Of a stretch of 27,640 nt of DNA, positions 1 to 9,380 are shown in pieces (position 1 is the stretch's first letter; each line of letters begins with the position of its first letter). The position numbers and the translations under genes were made by a program. Below the pieces are notes generated by a model that did not search any database, had not been told where the DNA came from, and worked only from the letters and a program-made list of their open reading frames with translations. Origin of the DNA: a virus (lineage: Duplodnaviria > Caudoviricetes); the IMG/VR virus record IMGVR_UViG_3300020045_003202, positions 1 to 27,640 of that record; one strand, given 5' to 3'.

Positions 1-424
1 CGCCATTCAAAACGGCGATGATCTCGGCAAGGCTTTGGAGCAGATCGCTCTAAAGGCTTTCATCTTCGACCCGTTGTCGGACGCTTTGAGCGGGTTATTC
101 AAAGGCGCGATGGGCGGCGGTGGGGCTAGTCCTCTTGGCATCCTTGGCTCACTGTTCGGTGGATTCTTTGCCAATGGCGGATCTCCACCTACCGGGAAAG
201 TTTCCGTTGTGGGTGAGCGTGGCCCCGAGCTGTTTGTGCCGAAGTCTGCCGGGACCATCATCCCAAACAAAGCATTGGGTGGGCAGTCGGTCAACATCAC
301 ACAACAGATCAGCATTGGCGAGGGTGTGAGCGCAAATGGCGTCATGTCTGCAATGCAGGCGGCGAAAGAAATGGCAAAGGCTGAAGTGATGCAGATTCTG
401 CGCGGACGGGGGATGCCGGTATGA
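1..424 (+). CDS. Tail tape measure protein, C-terminal part (5' truncated by window)
   Basis: Frame open from base 2. FANGG...VVGERGPELFVP...G.IIPN motif typical of lambda-like TMP C-termini. ATGA overlap with the next tail gene. Confidence 0.85.
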   Translation, partial: AIQNGDDLGKALEQIALKAFIFDPLSDALSGLFKGAMGGGGASPLGILGSLFGGFFANGGSPPTGKVSVVGERGPELFVPKSAGTIIPNKALGGQSVNITQQISIGEGVSANGVMSAMQAAKEMAKAEVMQILRGRGMPV

Positions 425-1560
425 GCATTGCAGCACCTGATTGGTTCAAGGCGGCATCAATTGAGTGGAGCCTTGGCCGCGCCACGGTTCAGCACACGTC
501 GCAGTTGTCGCGCTTCGTGCAGACCGTGGACCTGTTGGCGTGGCAGTGGTACGCCATCGTGACGCTACCCCCTGCGATGCTGCGCGACTCTGGGAAATAC
601 GAGGCGCTTATCAACAGCTTGGCCGGTGGTTCGGACACGCTGGCCCTGCATCACATGGCCCGGCCCTATCCGTTGGGCACGATGCGCGGGACACCCACGC
701 TTTCGACCAATGCGGCGCAGTTTGCAAACTCGCTGACTGTGGCTGATGCTTGGAATACGTCGCGCAGGAACTTCTTTCCTTACTCTCAACAACTGAACAC
801 TTGGGCGACCTCTGTTGAAAATGCATCAATCACGTCAGATTCATCATCGGCACCAGACGGTACATTGACGGCTGATTTGCTGAAGGAATCACTTGCGAAC
901 GCAGAGCACCAGTGCAGCAGGAGCGAGTCATATGGATCTGCTGGCATAAAAGTTATGTCGGCATACATCCTGTCATCAGGAAGGAATGGCCAGCTCGCAA
1001 TGTACTCAACCGGGAACACTCGGGCTGCAAGATTCGATCTGACAACTGGTGTTGCTACATCAATCACGCCAAGCACTGAAGCAGGCTGCGAGCCTGTTGG
1101 CGGAGGTTGGTTCCGCTGCTGGATAAAAGCGCCAATCACAAATACAGCGGCGCCTGTTCAGCGCGTTGCGCTTGTGAATGGATCTGGAGCAACCTTGTAT
1201 TCTGGTGACGGATCATCTGGCGCTTATATTTGGGGGATTCAACTTGAGGATGAGCGACTAACAGACTACATCCCAACCACCACCACGGCCAGCTACGCAT
1301 CAGGAACCCTCAAGGCTGGCGACATGATCGGCGTCAGTGGTCAGCTTTTCCAAGTCAAGAGCGACTGCACGGCGAACGCATCCGGCGTCTTGACTGTGCC
1401 TCTCGTCAACCGCTCGCGCCGGTCGATCACATCCGGGGCCTCTGTGCTGTGGGACAAGCCTACTGCCGAGTTCTACATGATGGACCCGCGCTCTCGTTCG
1501 GTCTACACCCCCGGCTTCGGCGGGAGTCAGACCATTGAGCTTGTGGAAAAGGTGTCCTGA
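421..1560 (+). CDS. Distal-tail (Dit)-like protein with an inserted carbohydrate-binding-like domain
   Basis: Immediately after the TMP. Tail-protein-like N- and C-parts flank an internal RNFF.YS...APDGTLTAD...GGGWFRCW...YIWGIQLE...YIPTT module seen in phage fibre/spike proteins. Confidence 0.65.
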   Translation: MSIAAPDWFKAASIEWSLGRATVQHTSQLSRFVQTVDLLAWQWYAIVTLPPAMLRDSGKYEALINSLAGGSDTLALHHMARPYPLGTMRGTPTLSTNAAQFANSLTVADAWNTSRRNFFPYSQQLNTWATSVENASITSDSSSAPDGTLTADLLKESLANAEHQCSRSESYGSAGIKVMSAYILSSGRNGQLAMYSTGNTRAARFDLTTGVATSITPSTEAGCEPVGGGWFRCWIKAPITNTAAPVQRVALVNGSGATLYSGDGSSGAYIWGIQLEDERLTDYIPTTTTASYASGTLKAGDMIGVSGQLFQVKSDCTANASGVLTVPLVNRSRRSITSGASVLWDKPTAEFYMMDPRSRSVYTPGFGGSQTIELVEKVS

Positions 1561-2126
1561 TGCGTGCACTCACAGGCCCCGCGAATGCTGCGATTGCATC
1601 TCAGACTGTCCCTCTGTGCGTCCTGATTGAGATGGAGCTATCGACCAGGCTACGGCTGTGCCTGGCTGGCGTCAATCTGGAGTATGGCGGGCATACGTGG
1701 ACCGGCTGCGGATCTGTTGGCACGATTGACCCGATTCTTGACACTGCGGGGGATCGTAAGGGCGTTCGATTCACGCTGTCGTCGGTGCCTAATGACTTGC
1801 TCGCTTTGGCATTGGCCGAACCAATGCAAGGTAAGCGCGTATGGGTGAGCTTGTCGATTCATGATCCATCGACCTATCAGGTGGTTCACGTCGAACCAAT
1901 GTTCTCGGGGACTTTGGAGCAGCCCCAAATCTCAGAGGGCGAGGCATCGGGCACAATCACCGTATCGGCGGAAAGCCGCGCCACAACATTCGGAAGGCCC
2001 AAGCCTGTGCGGTACATTGACTCAGATCAGCAGCGGATCTATCCCGGTGATACATGCCTGAGATTCATCACGTCGCAGGCGCAGCATCAGGACGTTTGGC
2101 CGTCTTCTAAGTGGGGTCGCCAATGA
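1560..2126 (+). CDS. Minor tail / baseplate hub-like protein
   Basis: Synteny between Dit and NlpC/P60. W.G.G..G.I and RY.D.DQQ..YPGD motifs. TGATG coupling. Confidence 0.7.
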   Translation: MRALTGPANAAIASQTVPLCVLIEMELSTRLRLCLAGVNLEYGGHTWTGCGSVGTIDPILDTAGDRKGVRFTLSSVPNDLLALALAEPMQGKRVWVSLSIHDPSTYQVVHVEPMFSGTLEQPQISEGEASGTITVSAESRATTFGRPKPVRYIDSDQQRIYPGDTCLRFITSQAQHQDVWPSSKWGRQ

Positions 2127-2530
2127 GGCTACACGACTGGCAATTGAGATTTGAGCGGCTCATGGACGACCGGGCGCACACGCGCTTTGCGTTCGGCTCG
2201 CACGATTGCTGCATGTGGGCTTGTGACGTGGTTCTGGCAGTGACGGGCCGTGATCCAGTGGCAGACCTGCGCGGCACCTACAGCACCGAGGAAGAAGCCG
2301 TGATCGTCATGGAGGCGGGCGGCGGTCTTGAAGCGATGGCTGAGGCTCGATTCGGGCCTGAGATCAAGCCATTGGCGGCGGCGGCTGGCGATGTTGGCAT
2401 CATCGACACAGACCTAGGCCCTGCGCTCGTCGCTTGCGGCGGGACAACGTGGCTTGCTGCGTCAGGGTTCGGCGTGGTGGCTGTCGATCAATCGCAGGTT
2501 CTTCGCGCCTGGCGCTGTGAGGTGATCTGA
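2123..2530 (+). CDS. Tail-associated NlpC/P60-like protein
   Basis: F.FG.HDCC.W motif with putative catalytic Cys and GD.G motif. ATGA overlap supports a start at 2123. Confidence 0.75.
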   Translation: MRLHDWQLRFERLMDDRAHTRFAFGSHDCCMWACDVVLAVTGRDPVADLRGTYSTEEEAVIVMEAGGGLEAMAEARFGPEIKPLAAAAGDVGIIDTDLGPALVACGGTTWLAASGFGVVAVDQSQVLRAWRCEVI

Positions 2531-5500
2531 TGCCACCAGTATTCATCGCCATCGGCAACGTGGTGGCAGCGGCGTGGTTCGCTGGACTGGCCTCTGTGGG
2601 CGTTGGCTTGGCTGCTGCTACCGTGCTCGGCTATGGCCTGTTGGCTGCCGCTGCTGTCGGGTTGTATCAGTACCAAAAGCGCAAGGCCCGTGACGCCTAC
2701 AACAGCCAGCTTAAAGACCGGCTTGTGATGACGGCAACGGCTGAGGGCCCGCGTCAGCGTATCTATGGCCGCGCCCGTGTCTCGGGTGAGGTTATTTTTA
2801 AGTCTGTGTCCGGTCCGCGCAAGGAGTTTTACACACTGGTGGTCGCATTCGCCGGGCACGAGGTCGATGCGTTTGAGCAGTGGTACATCAATGACCTTCC
2901 GGTGACTCTCGCTGGCCCTGTTGTGCAAGAGGCACCCTACGGCGTTGGGCAGCGCAAGGAGCCACGCAAGTTCAGCGGGGTTGGTACGGGTTCGCTTCTT
3001 GAGCTGAATACGATCTGGCCCATCACTGATGCCGTGGTAACTATTGCCGGATCAAACGGCAAGCGCATTCAGATCCCGGTAACGATCATTGATGCTGACA
3101 CAGTTCAGTTCACAGTCGCCAATGGCGTGGCCTACGAGCTTGACTACATCGCGTTGCCGTATGACTCGTTCCTGTCGATCCTGCCTTTCAATGGCGATCC
3201 AAGCCAAGATCTGAGCGCCATCGTCAAGAACCCAGGCTACGGCGCGGATAACACCATCGTCACGTCGGCAGACAAGTTCTCTGGCATTGCCTGCGCAGTA
3301 ATTGTTTTGTCGTATGACCCTGACGTTTTCACGTCTGGTGTGCCAACGATCTCATGTGTGATCAGGGGTGCCAAGGTTTACGACCCGCGCACACTCACGA
3401 CGGCTTGGTCGGACAACCCGGCATTGTGCGCACGCGATTTTGCGCTCTACGAAAACGGCGGGAATTGCGACATCAGCGAGATTGATGAAGCCTCGTTCAT
3501 CGCTGCGGCTAATGCTTGCGATGTCTCGACAAGCTATACCGTCAATGGCGTAGCGCAGACCCAAAAGCTGTACCGCCTCGGCTACGTCGCAAAGCTGGAC
3601 CAAAGCCCCGATGCTCACATGGGCGAGATGGTCGAGGCGATGGCAGGAAAGCACGCATGGGACGGCGGGAAGCTGCGCGTTCGTGCTGGGGCCTACAGTG
3701 CGCCTGTGTTGACCCTCGATGAATCGTTTGTTGCTGGACCCATCAGCATATCGCGTGGTGCGGCGCAGGCTGATCTGGTCAACATCTACAGACCAATGAT
3801 TGCTGACTCGGCTCAGGGTTACGTGCCTGTTCCGATTTCTGAGCTGCGCATCACGTCATACATCACCGAGGACGGGCAGGAGCTGCCGTCAGAGCTGACG
3901 CTAGGCGGGGTGAACTTCGCGCCCCAAGCGCTGCATGTGTGCGGCGTCTTTGCGCGTGACATGCGCGAGGGCCTGACCGTCAACGTCGAATGCAACCTCA
4001 AGGCGTTCCCGCTGCAACTGTTCGACGTGGTGCGGCTAACGATCGCGCGTTACGGCTGGGCAGACAAGACGTTTGAAGTCCTCGCAAAAGAGTTCACGCA
4101 CGGCGGCACGATTAGGCTTTCTCTCAAGGAAACAAGCGCGACGATATACCAAGTTGACGCCGGGTTTACCGTTGACACTCCATCGAACAACACTGCGCTG
4201 TCAAGTCCTTGGGACATTCCGCAGGTCACCGGCGTAGTGCTGGACTCCGAGAACTATTTGCTTTTGCAGTCTGATGGAACTGTGTTGACACGTATGCGGG
4301 TTGGATTCGCAGACATCCAGCGGCAAGCAGTCAAGATCGGCGGATGGATTGACGTTTCCTACTCTGTCGCCGGTTCCGGTGTGTGGCAAATGCACACGGT
4401 TGACGGATCGGCAAATGAGGTATTCGTCAACGGTCTGCAGGATGGCGAGTTGTACTTGATCCAAGTGCGTGCGCGATCTGCAATCCACGCTGGCGAATGG
4501 TCGGCGCTTCAGGTGCATCGGATCATTGGAAAGACGGCGCCCCCTCCTACGCCTGACGCTTTCACCATCACGACACAGGCGGACGGGACGCGGGTGCTGT
4601 CTGGTGGCTATGTCACGACGGGCAAGCCCATCGACTTCGCGGGCTACTTGCTCCGATACCGTCAAGGCGCAGGCCCGTACACGTGGGACGACATGCTGCC
4701 GTTCCAAACTGACCAAGGCTTTGTCACCTCGCTTCCGCTGGAGACAAACCTCCTGAACGCTGGGACGTGGAGCCTGGCACTTGCTGCGGTTGACACGTCC
4801 GGTAATCGCTCGCCTGAATTGCAGATCCTCGGCGTGCTTCCCAATCCACGCTTGGGCGATGCGCTGACCTTCATCGTGCTTGAGTCTATAGGCTGGCCCG
4901 GCACGTTGACTGATGGTGTGCGCGACACGTTTGAAGGTCAACCAATCATCTCTGCCGCCGAGCAGTCCACATGGGCAAGCCTTGTCGATTGGGACTCATG
5001 GACCCGATGGGCGCACCATCCGGTTGCATCTTGGTCCTACCTTCTTGACGATGAGGATCTGGGCTCTGTTGTTTCCACGCTGCCTGTCGTTGATCTGGCT
5101 GGCGTCGGGAACTTCGTCACTGAAGAACAGCACTCGCTTGACGGCACCACGTGGACCTCTTGGGCCGCTATCGCTGGCTCTTTCATGGCGCGGTACGTGC
5201 GCATTCGCGTGAGCGTTTCGGCAACCGGCCCAACAGGCGCAGGGGTCACTCAGTACACCTACCTGACAAACGCCCGCGTGGTCTACACTGCATCGGTCAG
5301 CCAAGAGGTTATCGAGGACATAGATCCTTCGGCACTTACCGGCTCATACCGCATCGGAACGGGCGACATCCGCCTGCCAATCACGGGCAGTTACGCAACG
5401 ATCCGCGTCGAGTCCGTAGTGATCCAGTCTTCATCGGCTGGCACGTGGACATGGCAACTGGTGGACAAGGACACAACCGTTGGCCCTCGGGTCAAGTTTT

Positions 5501-5565
5501 TCAACGCTGGCACCTTGGCGGACCCTCCGCTGATTGATGCCGTCATCAAAGGAATCCGCACATGA
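2530..5565 (+). CDS. Tail tip / host-specificity protein (lambda J-like) with FN3-like region
   Basis: 1011 aa. IYGRARVSG, G.KVYDPR...WSDNPALC..D motifs. FN3-like L..G..Y.IQVRA...G.WS followed by GKTAPP. Confidence 0.88.
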   Translation: MPPVFIAIGNVVAAAWFAGLASVGVGLAAATVLGYGLLAAAAVGLYQYQKRKARDAYNSQLKDRLVMTATAEGPRQRIYGRARVSGEVIFKSVSGPRKEFYTLVVAFAGHEVDAFEQWYINDLPVTLAGPVVQEAPYGVGQRKEPRKFSGVGTGSLLELNTIWPITDAVVTIAGSNGKRIQIPVTIIDADTVQFTVANGVAYELDYIALPYDSFLSILPFNGDPSQDLSAIVKNPGYGADNTIVTSADKFSGIACAVIVLSYDPDVFTSGVPTISCVIRGAKVYDPRTLTTAWSDNPALCARDFALYENGGNCDISEIDEASFIAAANACDVSTSYTVNGVAQTQKLYRLGYVAKLDQSPDAHMGEMVEAMAGKHAWDGGKLRVRAGAYSAPVLTLDESFVAGPISISRGAAQADLVNIYRPMIADSAQGYVPVPISELRITSYITEDGQELPSELTLGGVNFAPQALHVCGVFARDMREGLTVNVECNLKAFPLQLFDVVRLTIARYGWADKTFEVLAKEFTHGGTIRLSLKETSATIYQVDAGFTVDTPSNNTALSSPWDIPQVTGVVLDSENYLLLQSDGTVLTRMRVGFADIQRQAVKIGGWIDVSYSVAGSGVWQMHTVDGSANEVFVNGLQDGELYLIQVRARSAIHAGEWSALQVHRIIGKTAPPPTPDAFTITTQADGTRVLSGGYVTTGKPIDFAGYLLRYRQGAGPYTWDDMLPFQTDQGFVTSLPLETNLLNAGTWSLALAAVDTSGNRSPELQILGVLPNPRLGDALTFIVLESIGWPGTLTDGVRDTFEGQPIISAAEQSTWASLVDWDSWTRWAHHPVASWSYLLDDEDLGSVVSTLPVVDLAGVGNFVTEEQHSLDGTTWTSWAAIAGSFMARYVRIRVSVSATGPTGAGVTQYTYLTNARVVYTASVSQEVIEDIDPSALTGSYRIGTGDIRLPITGSYATIRVESVVIQSSSAGTWTWQLVDKDTTVGPRVKFFNAGTLADPPLIDAVIKGIRT

Positions 5566-6398
5566 CGTGGCCTACAGTTCCAATCGTCACAACATCGATG
5601 GATGCGGGGACCGACACGCCCCCGCGTGATCAGATCAAGGCAATGGCGGATGCGATCAATGACATGATTGCCACGCCTCCGGCTGCTGGGGTTGGGCGCC
5701 TGCTGGGTGTTCAGAAGTTCTTGACGGCTGGCAGCTTTACTTACACGCCTGCGGCTGGGGCTACTCGGCTTGTGATTGAGATCAGGGGTGGTGGTGGGAG
5801 TGGAGCTGGTGCGCTTTCTACAAGTGCGTCTGAGGTCTCATATGGTGGCGCTGGTGGGGCCGGTGGTTATGGTGTATTTCTGGTGGACGTTGACTTTGGG
5901 GCTGCTGCTGTTGTTGTTGGTGCTGGGGGAGCTGCCGCTGCTGCCGCTGCAGCCGGAAACGATGGCGGGACCAGTCAGATGACGCTCGGCACGACAGGAC
6001 GGATACTGTCTGCAACAGGTGGCTATAAGGGTGCCGTTGGATCGCGTGTTACTGGCTTTCCGTGGGAGGACAACAGTTTTGGTCCAGGTGCGCTGCCGCC
6101 TTCGCTGACGATGCCGTTAGCTGGTGATGTACAGATTTGCGCTCATCGAGGCGGCGGCGGTTGGAGTACTGCAACATTTTCTGCCGCCTTCCACTGCGTA
6201 GGGAATGGCGGTGTTCCATACGGGTTTCCGACGCCTGGCCCAAACTACTTGACATCCGGCCACGGTGCCGGGAACTACGTGGATGCTGCTGGATCAGGCG
6301 CGGGTGGACCTGCTTACGTCAACGGCAGCAGTGGTGCATCGCGAGCTAACCCACACGCTGGGCTCGGCGGCTCCATCGTCATCTGGGAGTACTCCTGA
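5562..6398 (+). CDS. Glycine-rich tail fibre-like protein
   Basis: F...GSFTYTP..GA....I...GGGGSG and GG.IVIWEY motifs. Follows the J-like gene. Confidence 0.7.
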   Translation: MTWPTVPIVTTSMDAGTDTPPRDQIKAMADAINDMIATPPAAGVGRLLGVQKFLTAGSFTYTPAAGATRLVIEIRGGGGSGAGALSTSASEVSYGGAGGAGGYGVFLVDVDFGAAAVVVGAGGAAAAAAAAGNDGGTSQMTLGTTGRILSATGGYKGAVGSRVTGFPWEDNSFGPGALPPSLTMPLAGDVQICAHRGGGGWSTATFSAAFHCVGNGGVPYGFPTPGPNYLTSGHGAGNYVDAAGSGAGGPAYVNGSSGASRANPHAGLGGSIVIWEYS

Positions 6399-6757
6399 TG
6401 ATCGGCCTGGACCTCTACACCGTCCACCCCGATGGCGCTCTGTGCAACGACACATTTGGCGTCTATGTTCGTCAAGGCGAGTGGGCTGGCGGCGTGTTGA
6501 AAAACTCCGACTGCCGCACTGGTGCATGGGGCGCGTGGGCTCCAGAGACAAACACCATCACGTTAGGCCCGCTGCAAGCCAAGGCTGGACTTTTGCTTGG
6601 CGGCATCACCGGCTACAAGTCAGCCGAGGTCCTGCCGCTTGTCGTGCCATCCGTTGCCATCGGGCGCGGCGGTAACTGGCTGCGATTGAGCTACCTGCCA
6701 AAAGCACCCGGCGCCAGATCGGACGGGCTGCACTTTTCCATCGAACGCGAGTTCTGA
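6398..6757 (+). CDS. Hypothetical small beta-barrel-like protein
   Basis: Alternating-hydrophobic strands, G...NS and GG.TGY...P.VVP motifs, C-terminal Phe. TGATG coupling. Confidence 0.5.
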   Translation: MIGLDLYTVHPDGALCNDTFGVYVRQGEWAGGVLKNSDCRTGAWGAWAPETNTITLGPLQAKAGLLLGGITGYKSAEVLPLVVPSVAIGRGGNWLRLSYLPKAPGARSDGLHFSIEREF

Positions 6758-6764
6758 GTACAAT
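6736..6764 (+). promoter_or_regulatory. Possible sigma70 promoter for the accessory virion cluster
   Basis: TTCCAT-17 bp-TACAAT, with the -10 in the 59-bp gap before 6817. Confidence 0.3.
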
Positions 6765-6816
6765 TTATGCTAACCCGCGTGGCTAAGGGCTGCGCTCAAC
6801 CTATGAGGCCAGCGCC

Positions 6817-7311
6817 ATGACAATCCGATTCTTGAAGCCATGGAACGGCTACCAGCCTGACCAAGTTGCAACCCTTGCCGGTGGCGTTGAAACGACGCTG
6901 ATTAACGGCGGCATCGCAGTTGCGAACACCGCGCAAGGCTCTGACCAGATCATCAAGTTCAGCACGGCAAGCGGCACGGTCACTGATTCGGCGGCGCGGT
7001 CTGCGATTGCTGAGGCTGCGGGCGGTGGCGGCGGGTCTGAACTCGCCACTGCTGTCGGCACATCTCGCGCACTGACTGCTGACGACGACCAGAAAACGCT
7101 CAAGGTCACGGCCTCCGGCGTCACGCTGACGCTGCCAGAAGGCCTTCTGATTTCCACGTTGGTGATCCCGCACAGTGGTGGAACGTCCATCGACCCCACT
7201 GGCTCGGTGACCATGAACGGGGGCAGCACAACGCTGTCTGCATCAACCGGCGTAATTTGCATAATCCCTGAAGCCGTGGCAAACACCTACCGTGTCACAG
7301 GTGCTGCATGA
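6817..7311 (+). CDS. Hypothetical virion protein
   Basis: Thr/Gly/Ala-rich ORF with a GGGGG linker inside the structural operon. ATGA overlap with the next gene. Confidence 0.6.
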   Translation: MTIRFLKPWNGYQPDQVATLAGGVETTLINGGIAVANTAQGSDQIIKFSTASGTVTDSAARSAIAEAAGGGGGSELATAVGTSRALTADDDQKTLKVTASGVTLTLPEGLLISTLVIPHSGGTSIDPTGSVTMNGGSTTLSASTGVICIIPEAVANTYRVTGAA

Positions 7312-8126
7312 AGCCGGGGTTTTTCAAAACGCTTATCGCCGCTGCTGCGGGGGGTGGGGCGGCTCCTGGGCCAGTTGCGGCGTATGACCCCCTGAGCTTG
7401 TTCGCCGCGTCCGAGGTTGGGATGCTGTACGACCCACAGGTGATCAGCACACTATGGCAGGACACGGCTGGCACGATCCCCGTGACGGCAGACGGCCAGC
7501 TTGTCGCCCGCATCGACGACCGCAGCGGGAATGGTCGCCATCTGACGCAGGCCAGCACGGGCAGTCAGTATCGGTATCGCACTGATGGCACCCTGAAATG
7601 GCTGGATTCTGAGGGGCGGGCTTGCACGTACAGCACGGCACACACGTTGACCGGGCCTTTGACGTATGGTTTTGCGGCAGAGATTGTGCAGGGCTCACCA
7701 TCAGGAAACTTTTTTGATACAGGCCCAAATTCCACGACTGACACAAATGCGGTTTACGTGGCCTGGTCTTCGAGCACAACCGAAATTCGTCTCACATCGA
7801 GAGGTGCTGGCGTCACGTCAACCCGAGCACTAACCACTGCCGGGACGGGCCGTCATATGGCAGTCGTCAGCCGGTTGCCAGCAACCGGAGATGACAATTT
7901 CCTAGACTATGGCCGAGCCGTTGTCCCACCACTAGCAAACAGACTCGGCACCGGCACCACCAGCGGATTCAGGCTTGGCCCAACCGCAGCGAAAGCGTGC
8001 CGTTTTTATGGGATGTTCGTGATCCAGCGAGTGATTACTGATGCAGAGCGGACGGCTGTTGCCGGGTATTACGGCTCGCTGGGGCGTCTTGAGAATCTAT
8101 TCATGTGGGTGGGGGATGCGCAATGA
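7308..8126 (+). CDS. Virion protein with LamG/ConA-like lectin domain
   Basis: LYDP...STLWQDTAG..PVT.DG..V.RI.D.SGNG.H.TQ motif and C-terminal R.ITDAE...V..Y motif. Confidence 0.6.
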   Translation: MKPGFFKTLIAAAAGGGAAPGPVAAYDPLSLFAASEVGMLYDPQVISTLWQDTAGTIPVTADGQLVARIDDRSGNGRHLTQASTGSQYRYRTDGTLKWLDSEGRACTYSTAHTLTGPLTYGFAAEIVQGSPSGNFFDTGPNSTTDTNAVYVAWSSSTTEIRLTSRGAGVTSTRALTTAGTGRHMAVVSRLPATGDDNFLDYGRAVVPPLANRLGTGTTSGFRLGPTAAKACRFYGMFVIQRVITDAERTAVAGYYGSLGRLENLFMWVGDAQ

Positions 8127-9310
8127 GTTCGATCAAAGTTTCATTTCGGATGGCTGGCTCAGGCCAGGTTCGCGCTGTGGCATCTACTGCCTCGGACTTT
8201 TCCGCATCGCCTGTTTACTCGCCATATGTGACGATTGATCCAGTGATCGGTTGGGGTGTGTGCAAAGTGGACGGGCTGGTCCCCGGAACGCTGTATTACA
8301 TCAAAGCCGATTACAGCGGGATTGCATCGTCAGTCGTTGGCACGGCGCGGACACCACCGGCAGGCGCGCACAATTTCGGGTTCGCCGCTGGAAGTTGCTG
8401 GAATCAGTACCTCGGCGACAAATACATCTACGATGCCATCAAGGCCAAGATCGACGCAGGCACAGTAGATTTCATAATCCACACTGGAGATTTCCACTAC
8501 TCGGATATTCAGGTGGATGACGCTTCAATTTTCCGAGGCGTCGTCGATGATGTTTTCGGTGTGAGCACCAAGCGGCACATGCTCCTTCGTGCGTCCCCTG
8601 CGTACTATATGTACGACGACCACGACTGCGGCGGGCCTGATAACGGCGCTGCTGGTGATCCTGGATCTGCCGGTGGGATCCAGTTTTTCCGAGGCGCAAC
8701 GCCGAACCCAGACTTTGCAGACACATCGCCAACCGCGCCCCCGTACTACACGTTCAAGCGCGGGCGTGTGCGTTTCGTCGTCACTGACATGCGCAACGAC
8801 AACGACCCCGTGGCTCAAACCGATAACTCGTCAAAGCGCAAGATGCGAGCGACACAGGAGGCGTGGTTCAAGGCGACGATTCTGGCTGCTGCCGCTGCTG
8901 ATGAGCCTGTATTCTGGGTCGCCACAAACCCGTGGATTGATGCACCAGGCCCGACTGATACGTGGGGCGGGTACAGCACACACCGCACCGAGCTGGCCGG
9001 GTGGTTTGTGGCAAACGGGCTCAGCAACAAGGTGGCAATCATCAGCGGCGATGCACACATGCTGGCCTATGACAACGGTACAAACTCGCCGGGCGGGCTC
9101 AAGGTCATGCAGTGCGCTCCTTGGGACCAGTCGCCAGGATCAAAGGGTGGACCGTACAGCCACGGCCCATTCGTTACCCGAAACAATCAGTGCGGCCACA
9201 TCACCGTCACCGACCCAGGCAGTGGCGCTGTGTCTGTGCGATTCCGTGGGCTGTCGTTTGGGTCCAGCACCGAGGCGGTTGACATCGACCAGACATTCTC
9301 GCTGGGCTGA
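8123..9310 (+). CDS. phoD: PhoD-family (alkaline phosphatase D-like) metallophosphoesterase with N-terminal FN3-like domain
   Basis: PhoD ligand motifs in order: AGSC, HTGDFHY.D, YDDHD, YYTF..G...F...D.R, Q.AWF, W.GY, ISGDAH. N-terminal GL.PGT.Y. No signal peptide visible. Confidence 0.85.
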   Translation: MSSIKVSFRMAGSGQVRAVASTASDFSASPVYSPYVTIDPVIGWGVCKVDGLVPGTLYYIKADYSGIASSVVGTARTPPAGAHNFGFAAGSCWNQYLGDKYIYDAIKAKIDAGTVDFIIHTGDFHYSDIQVDDASIFRGVVDDVFGVSTKRHMLLRASPAYYMYDDHDCGGPDNGAAGDPGSAGGIQFFRGATPNPDFADTSPTAPPYYTFKRGRVRFVVTDMRNDNDPVAQTDNSSKRKMRATQEAWFKATILAAAAADEPVFWVATNPWIDAPGPTDTWGGYSTHRTELAGWFVANGLSNKVAIISGDAHMLAYDNGTNSPGGLKVMQCAPWDQSPGSKGGPYSHGPFVTRNNQCGHITVTDPGSGAVSVRFRGLSFGSSTEAVDIDQTFSLG

Positions 9311-9314
9311 TCGC

Positions 9315-9380
9315 ATGACCCACTACCTCCCCACCCTAGCCCTGGTCTGCGCCGTGATGAGTGCGCAGAAAGTACTGTAA
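9315..9380 (+). CDS. 21-aa hydrophobic micro-ORF (MTHYLPTLALVCAVMSAQKVL)
   Basis: ATG just after the phoD stop. Its TAA overlaps the next ATG (TAATG). Confidence 0.35.
   Translation: MTHYLPTLALVCAVMSAQKVL

Noticed and set aside
5890-5960. GCT/GTT triplet runs (poly-Gln on the minus strand)
   Set aside because: Explained by the Ala/Val/Gly low-complexity region of the plus-strand fibre gene.
8589-9380. 263-aa alternate-frame ORF over phoD, and similar long shadow ORFs (4201-4941, 11234-11797, 18415-19062, 26914-27585)
   Set aside because: They overlap well-supported genes, show no motifs and are expected in GC-rich DNA. Only the last 21 codons of 8589-9380 were kept as a micro-ORF.
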